DNA of 64,000 bases from a virus (Duplodnaviria; Caudoviricetes): IMG/VR virus record IMGVR_UViG_3300023119_000004. The stretch is one strand, 5' to 3'. Shown here piece by piece: positions 1-10,591 of the stretch. The first letter of the stretch is position 1, and the number at the start of each line of letters is the position of its first letter. Below the pieces are notes generated by a model that saw nothing but the letters and a program-made list of their open reading frames with translations, was not told the origin of the DNA and searched no databases. The position numbers were made by a program, and so were the translations under genes.

Positions 1-339
1 GTAAAACATAAAGAAAAAATTAAAGAAGTAAAAGCATCAGAAGAAATTTGCACAATTAAATGTAAAGTAAAAGAAGAACGTGCAATTTACATAGGTGCCA
101 ATGGAAACTTACTTCCTTGTTGTTGGTTAGATCATGATTACATACAACCAACATCGACAAGTAGAATTGATTTTATGAATCATTTTGGAAATTATCCTAA
201 TTTGCATAGTAATACTATGCAAGAAATCTTTTCTTCAAACTTCTTTAATAAAATAGAACAGGGTTGGAAAACTAATCCTTTAAAAGAATGTAAAAAACAA
301 TGTGGAACATATGACGTATTCAAAGAACAATTCAGATAA
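1..339 (+). CDS. 5'-truncated radical SAM protein, C-terminal SPASM-like domain (not in ORF track)
   Basis: Frame 1 is open from base 1 to TAA at 337-339: ...CKVKEERAIYIGANGNLLPCCWL...ECKKQCG, a SPASM-type Cys pattern. Confidence 0.75.
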   Translation, partial: VKHKEKIKEVKASEEICTIKCKVKEERAIYIGANGNLLPCCWLDHDYIQPTSTSRIDFMNHFGNYPNLHSNTMQEIFSSNFFNKIEQGWKTNPLKECKKQCGTYDVFKEQFR

Positions 340-1633
340 GTTTTGTCCGTTACCGTGGATACATTTAGCAACTCGTCCTAACGGCGATGTGCGTGTGTGT
401 TGTACTGCTAATGCTAGTGGTGCGGGTGAAGATGATGATAAAACAGCAGGTCTTGTAAAGAAAGATGGAATTGCTATGAATGTTCGTGATCATACTATTG
501 AAGAAGTTTGGAATAGTGATCATATGCGTAGAACAAGACTACAGATGTTAAACAATAAAGTACCTGAAAGTTGTCGTAAGTGTTTTGAAGAAGAAGCAAA
601 GGGTATCAAGAGTAAACGTAATTGGGAAACAGAAGTATGGAACAGACGTTTAGACATTGATAGTATTGTATCACAAACACAGTTTGATGGAAGTTTGCCT
701 GTAAACATTCCTTATTTTGATTTACGTTTAGGTAATATGTGTAATTTAAAATGTGTAATGTGTTCACCACATGACAGTTCAAGTTGGATTAAAGATTGGA
801 AACTACAATATCCGCAGTATAAAGATCCTTTGTTACTTAAAGATCAAGACTGGGATAGTTCATATGATTATACTTGGTATAAGAAAGGCAGTTTCCTTGA
901 TACGATGAAAAATCAAGCACAGCATATTAAAGAATTGTATTTTGCCGGTGGCGAACCTTTAATGATTCCGGAGCATTATGCTATACTAGAGTTTATGGTT
1001 GCAGAAGGTCACGCAAAGAACTGTATTTTACGTTATAATTCAAATGGTACAGAAATAAGCGAAAAGTTAATAGCATTATGGGAACAGTTTAAAGAAGTAA
1101 AATTTAATTTTAGTTTAGATGCAATAGGCGAACAAAATGATTATATTAGATACCCTAGTAAGTTTGAAACTATAGAAAAGAATCTAAAACTGCTAGATGA
1201 AACATCAGATAATATTACAGTTAATATTGCGTGTGCAGTTCAAGCATTAAACATTTATCGTGTTACAGATCTTGCTGAATGGAAGTTAGCACAAAAATTT
1301 AAAAAAATTAACAAAGCACCATACGGTGCAGGACTTATAGGATTGCATTTGGTATACTTGCCAAGTCATCTAAATGTAAGAGTATTACCTAAAGAACTTA
1401 AAAAAGAAATAACAATCAAACTAGAAACTTTTGCTACTAGTTTTCAACGTGATATGGAATTTGCAATGAATCCATATGGTAGACAACGTTGGTTTGGTCT
1501 TGTAGATTATATGAATTCAGAGGACTGGAGTCATAAACTTCCTGCAATGAAAGAGTATTTAAAAATCAATGACAATACTAGGGAACAAAATTTAACTGAT
1601 GTGTTTCCTGAACTGGAGGCATTATGGAAGTAG
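302..1633 (+). CDS. Radical SAM protein with N-terminal twitch/SPASM-like domain (likely start ATG 311)
   Basis: CNLKCVMC (CxxxCxxC), FAGGEP; N-terminal FCPLPW...VCC and C-x2-C. Confidence 0.9.
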   Translation: MEHMTYSKNNSDKFCPLPWIHLATRPNGDVRVCCTANASGAGEDDDKTAGLVKKDGIAMNVRDHTIEEVWNSDHMRRTRLQMLNNKVPESCRKCFEEEAKGIKSKRNWETEVWNRRLDIDSIVSQTQFDGSLPVNIPYFDLRLGNMCNLKCVMCSPHDSSSWIKDWKLQYPQYKDPLLLKDQDWDSSYDYTWYKKGSFLDTMKNQAQHIKELYFAGGEPLMIPEHYAILEFMVAEGHAKNCILRYNSNGTEISEKLIALWEQFKEVKFNFSLDAIGEQNDYIRYPSKFETIEKNLKLLDETSDNITVNIACAVQALNIYRVTDLAEWKLAQKFKKINKAPYGAGLIGLHLVYLPSHLNVRVLPKELKKEITIKLETFATSFQRDMEFAMNPYGRQRWFGLVDYMNSEDWSHKLPAMKEYLKINDNTREQNLTDVFPELEALWK

Positions 1634-2211
1634 GATTTAAAATTGTTTGCGATGATATTGACCCAAATGAACTACACAAACAAACTATAATTGGTACAGA
1701 CACAGAAAACGGACACTTGGTTGTACGTTCAAGTGCTAACGAACAGTTATTATATCTTGACGGTGCTACAGATGGAAAGTCGCCTATCTTTATTGGACTT
1801 TCTAAATCGCGTGGAGATCAAACTAACAAACTGCCAGTTGAAGCAGGTGATACATTGGGTGGGTTTCAAGTTTACGCAAGAACTAAACCAGGCAATAGTT
1901 TAGGTTACTGTCATAGTGAAAGTCCGTTAACAGGCGCTATCCAATTTTTTGTAGCAGACGATTATAATAAACAAGGTGCAGTTGCTACTGAAATGATTAT
2001 AGCGTTATCTGACAATGACGATATGAGTGCTAGATTAAAACTTGATAGTAAAGGAAATTTAATTACACATGGAAATATTACTAGTGGCAATTTAACTATA
2101 ACAGATAATACTATTGATTCGTGGCACATAGGTCTTGTAGAAAAGTATGTTGAAGTGGAATATGATGGCAAAAAGTTTGCAATGCCGTTATATAAAATTG
2201 AAAATGAATAA
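1624..2211 (+). CDS. Stand-alone tail-fibre-like module protein
   Basis: Shares RGD-x2-N-x5-AGD-x-LG and LDSKGNL motifs with the fibre at 18871-20238. Confidence 0.5.
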   Translation: MEVGFKIVCDDIDPNELHKQTIIGTDTENGHLVVRSSANEQLLYLDGATDGKSPIFIGLSKSRGDQTNKLPVEAGDTLGGFQVYARTKPGNSLGYCHSESPLTGAIQFFVADDYNKQGAVATEMIIALSDNDDMSARLKLDSKGNLITHGNITSGNLTITDNTIDSWHIGLVEKYVEVEYDGKKFAMPLYKIENE

Positions 2212-2887
2212 TATTACGTGGAAAGAAGTAGACTATAAAAATAATAGTCTAAACAATATAGCAAGAAATATTACTGAATTTCACACAGGAAATTGTCAGG
2301 GAGATATTTCATATTCTAAAACAGAAGGCACACCAATTGGTACAATTTTTCTTGAAGAAAAATATACAGTTAAGGATATGGCTATTTTAAATAGTTTATT
2401 AAATTATAATGTTTACTTTAGAAAAAATACAGAACAAACACTTAAAACAGATTTAAAACCAGACTGTGCTGTTGTATTAGCAAGTGGCAATACTGTAGAT
2501 CAAATTGAATCTAAGTATATGTATGTTATTGATATTAGTCCTAAGGCTTTACAAAATCATCAAAAAGCATTTAATATGACATCAACAGAATATTACGAAC
2601 TTGATGTGTTTGATTTAGAAGAAGTGCGTAAGTTTTTGCGTAAGTGCAAAGGTGAAACAGGATTATTTTGTTTAAGTAATATATTTTTATATTTGCCTAA
2701 TTGTATTATGTTTGATGCAAAAGCAAGACTAACAAGGCAAAATAAATTAATGCAAGTACTAGCAGAAGATAAAATTGAATGGTATGTTGATATGTGTACT
2801 GTTAACGGTATATATTTCCAAGCCCCTGCTAGAGAACTAGTTGATATGAAACTTGATGATAAGTTTAAGGTGTTACCATGGATCTAG
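2147..2887 (+). CDS. Hypothetical protein, possible degenerate SAM-dependent methyltransferase fold (likely start 2204)
   Basis: VVLASG...YVIDISPKAL resembles Rossmann motif I/II; similar to the C-terminal half of 11292-12761. Confidence 0.35.
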   Translation: MLKWNMMAKSLQCRYIKLKMNNITWKEVDYKNNSLNNIARNITEFHTGNCQGDISYSKTEGTPIGTIFLEEKYTVKDMAILNSLLNYNVYFRKNTEQTLKTDLKPDCAVVLASGNTVDQIESKYMYVIDISPKALQNHQKAFNMTSTEYYELDVFDLEEVRKFLRKCKGETGLFCLSNIFLYLPNCIMFDAKARLTRQNKLMQVLAEDKIEWYVDMCTVNGIYFQAPARELVDMKLDDKFKVLPWI

Positions 2888-3519
2888 TCGAACAGTTTAA
2901 TTGGATTAGACATGAAAGCGGACTTGCTACATTACGATTAGATGTACCAAAGCCAAGCGGTGCTATGCGAGAAGAAATATTGCAAAGTTTACATCTTGCA
3001 GTACCACATAGAGAAGATTATGGTAAAGGGTGGCGTAGTTTAACACTACACGGTCATAGTTCAACAATGACCGACAGTGATCAAGCATACAAAGAAAAGG
3101 GATTTATGTTAGGAGAAAAAACTTGGACTGATGTTGCAAAGTATTTTCCTTTAACTAAAAAATGGATTACTGAGAATATACCTTTTAAAAAGTACGGTAG
3201 GGTAAGAATAATGATAGTTGACCCGGGTGGGCATATTAGTCCGCATAAAGACTATCCAAATGGACAACTGTTAGCCGGTATTAATGTTGCTATAACGCAT
3301 CCAGAAGGTACAATATTTGATATTGAAAATTATGGTAATGTAGAATGGCAAGAAGGCGAAGCAAGACTAATTGATTTAGGAAGTATGCACCAGGTTATGA
3401 ACAAAAGTAATGAACCAAGGATACATATAATTATACACAGCGAACCAATTGATGATTGGAGCGGTGTTATGCAACTAGTTTGCGACAGTTACGGAAAGGA
3501 ATATAATGGATCAAAATGA
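2878..3519 (+). CDS. AspH-like 2OG-Fe(II) oxygenase
   Basis: GRVRIM...ISPHKD (HxD)...HQVMN...PRIHI. Confidence 0.85.
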   Translation: MDLVEQFNWIRHESGLATLRLDVPKPSGAMREEILQSLHLAVPHREDYGKGWRSLTLHGHSSTMTDSDQAYKEKGFMLGEKTWTDVAKYFPLTKKWITENIPFKKYGRVRIMIVDPGGHISPHKDYPNGQLLAGINVAITHPEGTIFDIENYGNVEWQEGEARLIDLGSMHQVMNKSNEPRIHIIIHSEPIDDWSGVMQLVCDSYGKEYNGSK

Positions 3520-4162
3520 AATAGAAAGAGCGTTGCGTTGGCAAAGCCTAGTTAATCTAGGTAACCAAGTAAAACTCAAATGGCATATTGATCATCATGC
3601 TGTTGAACAGCAGTTAGAACAGTTTAAAAATAACTGGTGTCCTTATAATGTTAAAAAAGACAAGCATAATAATCGTTGGGGATTACCTGTAACTAGTCAT
3701 TCAGGTGATGTAATGGACAATTATCATCTTAATAGTTTTGGCCATATGCAAAAATATCACAATGTTGAAATGAAGGAAGAAAACTTTAATACACCTACAG
3801 AAGTGTATAATAAAATTCCTGAAATTGCAAAACTAGTAGATATATTTTCGCCAGACATCGGGCGTGTACATTTATTACGTATTGATCAAGGTGGATTTTT
3901 CCCACCACATAGAGATTTTCACGGAACTAGTCCAGAATACTTTAGACTATTAGTAGTATTTGGCAGATGCAGTCCTGAGAATTATGTACAGTTAGTTGAC
4001 GGTAAACCTTTATATCCAGAAGCAGGGTATGTTTACTTCACAAACTTCCAATTAGATCATAGTGTGTTTAGTTTTAGTGATAACTTGTATAGTCTTATTT
4101 TAACAGTAAAACTAAATGAGCGTACACAAAAATTAATACTAGACAACACAATGGCAGAATGA
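3506..4162 (+). CDS. AspH-like 2OG-Fe(II) oxygenase
   Basis: GRVHLL...FPPHRD...HSVFS. Confidence 0.8.
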   Translation: MDQNEIERALRWQSLVNLGNQVKLKWHIDHHAVEQQLEQFKNNWCPYNVKKDKHNNRWGLPVTSHSGDVMDNYHLNSFGHMQKYHNVEMKEENFNTPTEVYNKIPEIAKLVDIFSPDIGRVHLLRIDQGGFFPPHRDFHGTSPEYFRLLVVFGRCSPENYVQLVDGKPLYPEAGYVYFTNFQLDHSVFSFSDNLYSLILTVKLNERTQKLILDNTMAE

Positions 4163-5064
4163 AATTAGAGTACCAAAACAAAGCAAAAGAAGAATGGTTT
4201 CTTGTTAGTTGGACATTAAGTAACAAGTGTAACTATCGCTGTTCCTATTGTCCGGATCATTTACACAACGGAAGTACTGGACAACCCCAATGGGAAACAG
4301 TAAAACGTTTTGTTGAAAATTTTAAAGTACCAAAAGAAATCTGTTATAGAGTGAGTGGCGGCGAACCTACATACTGGAAACATTTTTTAGATCTTGCTAA
4401 ACTTGTAAAAAAACAAGGTCACACATTTAGTTTTCTAACTAACGGCAGTCAGCGTGTAAAATATTACAAAGAAATAAGCAAGTACACAGACGGTTATATT
4501 ATTTCATACCATCCAGAGTTTGCTAATCTAGAACATATTAAAGAAGTAATACAAGAAAGTTATTGTCCTGTATTTGTTAATCTAATGTTGTCGCCTGAAA
4601 ACTTTAATGAAATGTTTGACATTGCAGAAGAACTATATTCAAGCAGTGATAATGTTAGTGTATGGCCTAAAATAATTTTAGATAAGTCTAACATAGATGC
4701 AATTACAAATACACCAGCAAACTACACACAAGACCAATTAGACACAATTAAGAATTGGCCTTTCTTTACTAACCTTCCAGACGCACAGTTACACAGAGGA
4801 GAATTGCTGTTAGATGATTCACCTGTAACTGCCAATGATTTAATATCAGAAAGTAAAAATCGTTTTAGGAATTGGAAATGTTGGGCAGGCATTGATGGAA
4901 TTAATATTGATATGTGGGGAAACATATATAGAGCAGACTGTCAATATGGCGGCGCATTAGGAAATCTAGAACGTTACAAATTACCCGAAAAAGAAATTGT
5001 ATGTGGTAAAAGTGTATGTAGTTGTTTGAGCGATATATACATTAGGAAAGAGTTATGCGAATAA
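4159..5064 (+). CDS. Radical SAM protein with C-terminal SPASM-like Cys cluster
   Basis: CNYRCSYC, SGGEP, LTNGS; C-terminal CWAG...CQYG...CGKSVCSC. Confidence 0.9.
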   Translation: MKLEYQNKAKEEWFLVSWTLSNKCNYRCSYCPDHLHNGSTGQPQWETVKRFVENFKVPKEICYRVSGGEPTYWKHFLDLAKLVKKQGHTFSFLTNGSQRVKYYKEISKYTDGYIISYHPEFANLEHIKEVIQESYCPVFVNLMLSPENFNEMFDIAEELYSSSDNVSVWPKIILDKSNIDAITNTPANYTQDQLDTIKNWPFFTNLPDAQLHRGELLLDDSPVTANDLISESKNRFRNWKCWAGIDGINIDMWGNIYRADCQYGGALGNLERYKLPEKEIVCGKSVCSCLSDIYIRKELCE

Positions 5065-5603
5065 TTGTAACAGGAAACCCAAACTACGAAGGCCTTTCTA
5101 AAGGAATCTTTGAAGCATATAATCATAATAATGTTGAGTTTATAGGTAGACACAATGGTTGGGATATGACTGACTTAGATGCTATTGCTGACTATGTTAA
5201 AAATGCAGATGTGTTTGTTAATAGTTTATTAATACCAGACAGCGGACAAGAAAAACTGTTGCATAAAGTTTACAAAACGTTTAAAGGGTTACATATAATT
5301 AACATTTCTAGTACAACAAGTTACTGGCGTGACGGTTATAGTCCAGAAGGTTATCTTGAAAGTAAAACTGCGTTAGACGAAGCAAGTAAAATGTATTCAA
5401 ACTATTGTGCATTTGGGAATAGTAAAGTTCGTGTAAGCAATATTGCTTTTGGTCAACTTGATTCTAAAACAACAAACAATAAAAGTGATAGGAAAAAGAT
5501 TAGTTTGCTTGACGCAGGTAAACTTGTTAAATGGCTAATTGATAGTCCACGTAACATGAACATTCATTATCTTGCTGTTGATCCTATTCAAACAGACTAC
5601 TAA
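5055..5603 (+). CDS. Short-chain dehydrogenase/reductase-like protein
   Basis: IIVTG N-terminus, VFVNS, IINISS, YLESK (YxxxK). Confidence 0.7.
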   Translation: MRIIVTGNPNYEGLSKGIFEAYNHNNVEFIGRHNGWDMTDLDAIADYVKNADVFVNSLLIPDSGQEKLLHKVYKTFKGLHIINISSTTSYWRDGYSPEGYLESKTALDEASKMYSNYCAFGNSKVRVSNIAFGQLDSKTTNNKSDRKKISLLDAGKLVKWLIDSPRNMNIHYLAVDPIQTDY

Positions 5604-6702
5604 GTTCAGGACAATGATCAAGTACGTTTGTATTGCGTAACTTATCGAGATCTTTTGTATACTGTACAAAAGTTTCAGTTAAATTTGTATCATTATTTGT
5701 ATAATTTACAAAATCAAATTTGTGTTCAATGTTTTCTAAAATGCTGTTAGGTAAAACTCTTGGATTTAGATATGGCGGTTGTACAACTACATTATTAAAG
5801 TAGATTGACCAATTATCTTTTTTAACACTATCGTACCATTCTTGAATTTTATGTAAGTGTGCAATATTATACGCCATAACAGTAACAGCAATAATAACTC
5901 TATCAAAATTGTAGTGTTTTAGATTTTCGTTTAATTGCTCAAACGTAAAATTATTTCCACCTCTAATATATTCGTATAGTTTACCAGTTCCTTCAACACT
6001 TACGGTCCATTTTGTATGGCCAAACTGTTTTGCAAGTTCGTGTACTTCATCGTCAACAATGGTTCCATTAGTAGTCCAATCAAGTGTAATGTTTTTAGCA
6101 ATACCTAAGTCAATAAACTTTTTAAGAATAGTTTTGTTTGAAGGTTCCATATACGGTTCCCCGCCTTTGATGCTTAGGTAACGCAAGTTCATAAATGGTG
6201 TAGGATCTTCAAATAGTTTTGCAATAATTTGATCGCTTTTATTTGTATAACCAAACTCTGGATGATCTACTGGCCTATTATAATCTTTGTTTAGTTCAGC
6301 CAATTTCAATTCTTCTTTGACCCAAGCACTTGAACTAATACCATTGCACATACGACATTTCAAATTACAGATATTGCTCATATTGAATTCCAAAAAGTAT
6401 ATGTCATGGAAGTTTTTGGTGTAATCGTAATTGGTATTTTCCAACATTGGATTTAGTATATCACGGAAGAATAAACGCCTGCTATGACCTACTGTAGCCT
6501 CTTTTAAGCGGCATTTATCGCACTCGGGTGGTAACTGACCCTTACGTATAGAATCCTTTGTGTATGACGCTGTAATGCTGTTTAAGACGGTGTTTAAAGA
6601 CGATTCTAGCACGTTACCGTAGCGATTTGCATACACTCCGTCGGGTACAATATCACCATTAAAACGTACCAAAATACTATGCCAAGGTGCGTAACACTTC
6701 AT
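5584..6702 (-). CDS. Radical SAM protein, twitch-type
   Basis: CNLKCRMC, KGGEP, TTNGT. Confidence 0.9.
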   Translation of the reverse strand: MKCYAPWHSILVRFNGDIVPDGVYANRYGNVLESSLNTVLNSITASYTKDSIRKGQLPPECDKCRLKEATVGHSRRLFFRDILNPMLENTNYDYTKNFHDIYFLEFNMSNICNLKCRMCNGISSSAWVKEELKLAELNKDYNRPVDHPEFGYTNKSDQIIAKLFEDPTPFMNLRYLSIKGGEPYMEPSNKTILKKFIDLGIAKNITLDWTTNGTIVDDEVHELAKQFGHTKWTVSVEGTGKLYEYIRGGNNFTFEQLNENLKHYNFDRVIIAVTVMAYNIAHLHKIQEWYDSVKKDNWSIYFNNVVVQPPYLNPRVLPNSILENIEHKFDFVNYTNNDTNLTETFVQYTKDLDKLRNTNVLDHCPELSSLFE

Positions 6703-7835
6703 AGTATAGACACCGTTTCTATGTCTAAACAGTCATTTAATTTTACTAAATTGGAACTGTTATCGTGCGTGTTATATACAATAGTATGTATTTCATCGTT
6801 GTAAATTACAGGTCTTCCAAACATTAAATTATCTGGATATGTTTTTGATATCCAAATACCGTTTGTGTCAATTTTATAAAGGGCACACCCTGGGGTTCCT
6901 GCTGGTAAAAAGTATGCAGACCCTTTATAAGCAATACCACTACGATATCTAAATTTACCACCATAAGATTCTTTTATACTAAATTGAAAACTTTCTTTTG
7001 TAATAGTATCAAAGATTATACCTTTATCGCTATCATTACTATCTTCATCACCGTACGGTAATCCAATAATAACATCATCAACTAATACTTGTGTGTTATA
7101 TTTTTTAGCAAAGTCGTCTACGTTTAATTTCCATAATCTGTATTCTTTTGTTTTTGTATCAAACTCAATTACTTCATTTAATCCTGCTGTTTCGCCAAAT
7201 GGTAAACTAAAAAGTTTGTTACCTACAACAACAGCATCAGTATATTTGCGTGATACTTTAGGTAAATTCAATTTGTGTTTGATTACCTTCTTACCGTCAA
7301 ACTCTAGTATGTTTGAATAATGAACACTTTCACCTCTTGGCATACTGTAATAACTTCCGTTACAATAAACAGTACCCATGTGTGCTTTCTTTTCATTTGT
7401 GTCAACGTCGATAGTTTTAACTTTATTATTGTTAATGTAAATCAAGAATTGCGTATCTTCATAACCTAATGGAAAACTACAAGCGGTATTGCCGTGACTA
7501 GCAACACTATAAAATTGTCCTTTGCCTTTTTTATCTAGTTTATGATAGATAGGCGTTTTATCTTTTATTTGTACTACAACATTTAAGTCATCATAAATGC
7601 CATAAGGTATAAGCCATATGCTATCGTCAGTAACACCGACTGCATTAAATTTGCTAGTTGCATTTGGAACATCAAGTGATACAAGTGTGGTGTGATCTTT
7701 ATAGAATGCACACATATCGTATGACGGATTGTTTTGAGTACCAAATGGAGGACTAACTAATTCGTCCTTGTTTACTTCTAGTACAAGATGTCTAATACGT
7801 GCTTCTTTATAAAAATCTTCAAATGCTTTATACAT
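6699..7835 (-). CDS. Repeat protein, predicted beta-propeller
   Basis: About 6 repeats of aromatic-x-x-P-(Y/F/R)-G-(E/D) spaced 45-55 aa apart. Confidence 0.5.
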   Translation of the reverse strand: MYKAFEDFYKEARIRHLVLEVNKDELVSPPFGTQNNPSYDMCAFYKDHTTLVSLDVPNATSKFNAVGVTDDSIWLIPYGIYDDLNVVVQIKDKTPIYHKLDKKGKGQFYSVASHGNTACSFPLGYEDTQFLIYINNNKVKTIDVDTNEKKAHMGTVYCNGSYYSMPRGESVHYSNILEFDGKKVIKHKLNLPKVSRKYTDAVVVGNKLFSLPFGETAGLNEVIEFDTKTKEYRLWKLNVDDFAKKYNTQVLVDDVIIGLPYGDEDSNDSDKGIIFDTITKESFQFSIKESYGGKFRYRSGIAYKGSAYFLPAGTPGCALYKIDTNGIWISKTYPDNLMFGRPVIYNDEIHTIVYNTHDNSSNLVKLNDCLDIETVSIL

Positions 7836-9084
7836 TGTTTAAGTCTATTGTTTTGATAACTTTTTCTTTAATAGTGTCAAACACTAATATAGTTTGGAAA
7901 CTGTCGCTTTCTCCGTATGGAAAAGCATATATAATATCGTTAATTATAACACATTTATTATATTTTTCAATAGTAGTATTGTCTTTAAAGTATTCACCAA
8001 CATCGACTGTATAGTGTTCTTCTGTATTTGTATCTACTACTAATACTTCTGCTAGGTCGCCTTGACTTTTCCAAGTATCCTCAGGCTCACATACACAGCC
8101 ACCTCTTGGAATAAAATACAATTTACCTTGACTGTTTTCTACCCCAGCAAAATATTTTTTACTTTCTTTGCCTATGCCTAAATCTTTAATGTGCCACTTG
8201 TCTGTGTTACTATCAATAATTAACATTTCACTCCAGTCTTCGTCGTGTCCTGCCGGTGGAAAGAATATTTTGCCATTACTAGCAACAACGTGTGTAAAGT
8301 ACTTTCTGCTAGTAGACGTAATACCAGTTTTTGTAAAAGACCAAGATTCGCTAGTAGCAAAAGATCTAGTTTTATAAGTTGCTAAAATATCAAACCCAGG
8401 ATATTCGCTATACGGCGGAGCGTATAATTTTTTGTTTGCTTTTGCCACAGTAGTAAATTTTTTGTTGCAGTATTTTTCTTTATCGTAGTCTGCCCATTTA
8501 TCAACTAAATTTGTTAGTTCATAAGAATTATCAAAGCAGTCATATACAATGCCGTGATTAAAATGTGTTTCTAAATCTTCTCCACGCGGCAAACCAATTA
8601 TGTATCCGTCTAGCATTTGTGTAGTGTGCCAGCGTTTAGTATCGTCATCTACTTCTAAATAATTTAACTTAACTTCATTAGTATCCATATTGAAATCTAA
8701 TGCCCAGTTATATGACTCGTGTTCGCCGTACGGCAATGCAATTATACGATTATCAAAAATATGTCCTTGGATATATTTTCCTCTTCCTACAACATTTAAT
8801 TCAATATATTCTACACTATCGTCATCTGTGTTTAACACTAATATTTTACTTTCATTATAGGGTAGAAAATAAATTAAGTTACGGTAAACAATACCATTCT
8901 GCCATTTTTCTGTAGAGTTATTAACTTCTAAAGGAATCCGAGTTACTTGATACGTGTTAGGATCAAACTTTATCATGTAATTAATTACATCGTTTAATCC
9001 GTAAGGCGCACAATAGATAAATCCATTGTTTGCAACAGTAGGGTAACTAAAGGCTTGCGGGGTCAAATTTATCTCCAAAGGCAC
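7828..9084 (-). CDS. Repeat protein, predicted beta-propeller
   Basis: 8 repeats: YCAPYG, YFLPYNE, IALPYGE, IGLPRGE, LYAPPYSE, FFPPAG, YFIPRGG, YAFPYGE. Confidence 0.55.
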   Translation of the reverse strand: MPLEINLTPQAFSYPTVANNGFIYCAPYGLNDVINYMIKFDPNTYQVTRIPLEVNNSTEKWQNGIVYRNLIYFLPYNESKILVLNTDDDSVEYIELNVVGRGKYIQGHIFDNRIIALPYGEHESYNWALDFNMDTNEVKLNYLEVDDDTKRWHTTQMLDGYIIGLPRGEDLETHFNHGIVYDCFDNSYELTNLVDKWADYDKEKYCNKKFTTVAKANKKLYAPPYSEYPGFDILATYKTRSFATSESWSFTKTGITSTSRKYFTHVVASNGKIFFPPAGHDEDWSEMLIIDSNTDKWHIKDLGIGKESKKYFAGVENSQGKLYFIPRGGCVCEPEDTWKSQGDLAEVLVVDTNTEEHYTVDVGEYFKDNTTIEKYNKCVIINDIIYAFPYGESDSFQTILVFDTIKEKVIKTIDLNNV

Positions 9085-9502
9085 TTTTTAAATCGTCTTG
9101 CATTTTTTCTAATACCATGTGAGGTGGATATAAGTTTACATTATCCCAATCAACAAGTGTCATTTTGTCACCGTTAATAATAATATTACTTAGTACCCAG
9201 TCACCGTGTGCGTATGGTGATGTTTCGTTAATGTTGTCAATACAGAAGTGATAAATCTTTTTCATAAACTCAGGAGTATGTTGAAATTGACTAGCAGGAG
9301 TACCTTCAATTGGTAGCATATCAATATACATTTCATTGTCGTCACAATGTTGTCCTATAATATATCCTGGATTTACTTCTTCAACTAGATCAACGTGTTC
9401 TTCTAACCAATGTGGATCACTAAAGTGCCAGACCTTTCTATAACGGTCTTCAAGTTTATATACGCTTCTTTTCTTTTGTTTATTTTCTTTAATCAAGTCC
9501 AT
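9047..9502 (-). CDS. Small APH/choline-kinase-like phosphotransferase
   Basis: HGDWVLSNII catalytic loop followed by LVDWD metal-binding motif. Confidence 0.7.
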   Translation of the reverse strand: MDLIKENKQKKRSVYKLEDRYRKVWHFSDPHWLEEHVDLVEEVNPGYIIGQHCDDNEMYIDMLPIEGTPASQFQHTPEFMKKIYHFCIDNINETSPYAHGDWVLSNIIINGDKMTLVDWDNVNLYPPHMVLEKMQDDLKSAFGDKFDPASL

Positions 9503-10523
9503 ATGCTTTTGCCACCGGTAGTAGATAATCTTTAATATGCATATTTCTAAAGTTATCTAATCTTGTTATACATCTTTTAAAGTGTTCAATAATTTCAGGA
9601 TCAGCAGGATCATTAGACCATTTGTCAACTCCTTGGAATTGCTTTTTAAGTTCGTCAGGAGCATTTTTAATATGTAACCAATCAGGTAACATTAATAAGT
9701 TTTCAAAAACTTTCCAACCTTGTTTGTCTGCATACTCTTTAATATCATCATAGAACCATGCGTTTAAAATACTAATTGTTGGACTAATATCAACTTTACA
9801 AAAGTCTGCCCAACGTAGTGCGTTACGTTCTACTTCTTCCCATTTAGAGCCATGACGAATATAATCAATACGTCTATCAGTTGCATCTAAAGAAAAACTC
9901 ATAATAACCATTTTAAATTCTCTTAAAAGTTTTTCAAGTTTAGGATTCCAAATAGTGCAGTTAGTGTTAAATCTAATTGTTACAGATCTATCAAGTTTTT
10001 CTAAAAAAGTAGGCAAGTGTTTTACCATCATAGGTTCGCCACCTGTCATATACACTTCTTGTAAAGGCAAATCTAATAATTTATCAAATGCTTCTTCAGT
10101 ACCCCAGTTAAAATTAGGAACTTCAAGAATACCATGTAATGGTTCAATGCCTGCTTTTTTCATAGCAATGGCTTCTTCAGCAATACTGCTACTGCTCATA
10201 TGCCAACAACTAATACATTTTAAATTACAACTATTACCTACACGAATATCTAAATGACTAAGACCAGGGCCATACCTGCGTGTTTTTTGACGCTGACTTC
10301 CTAGTCCTCGTTCTTCCATATGTTGACAACGTTTACAAGCATCTGGCCATTCATCTCTTTCCATTTGCTCTCTAACGCCTCTATGGAATTCACTGTCGTG
10401 CCATTCTTGTGGAGTATGTGTACGGATGTTATACTTGTTAGGTGGTTCTAAACTCATACAACAAAGACGATACTGACCGTCAGTTCCAACATTAATTTGG
10501 TTATCTAAATATTTGCATCTCAT
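9489..10523 (-). CDS. Radical SAM protein, twitch-type
   Basis: CNLKCISC, TGGEP, FNTN; N-terminal C...LCC...CKRC. Confidence 0.9.
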   Translation of the reverse strand: MRCKYLDNQINVGTDGQYRLCCMSLEPPNKYNIRTHTPQEWHDSEFHRGVREQMERDEWPDACKRCQHMEERGLGSQRQKTRRYGPGLSHLDIRVGNSCNLKCISCWHMSSSSIAEEAIAMKKAGIEPLHGILEVPNFNWGTEEAFDKLLDLPLQEVYMTGGEPMMVKHLPTFLEKLDRSVTIRFNTNCTIWNPKLEKLLREFKMVIMSFSLDATDRRIDYIRHGSKWEEVERNALRWADFCKVDISPTISILNAWFYDDIKEYADKQGWKVFENLLMLPDWLHIKNAPDELKKQFQGVDKWSNDPADPEIIEHFKRCITRLDNFRNMHIKDYLLPVAKAYGLD

Positions 10524-10549
10524 ATTGTTTTGACAGACCCTTCTGTTCT

Positions 10550-10565
10550 GATAAGTATATTTAAC
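10550..10565. promoter_or_regulatory. Back-to-back late-promoter-like motifs in the divergent intergenic region
   Basis: GATAAGTA (+, 10550-10557) and GTTAAATA (-, 10558-10565). Confidence 0.4.
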
Positions 10566-10591
10566 AGATACTTTAATTCAAATGAGGAAAC

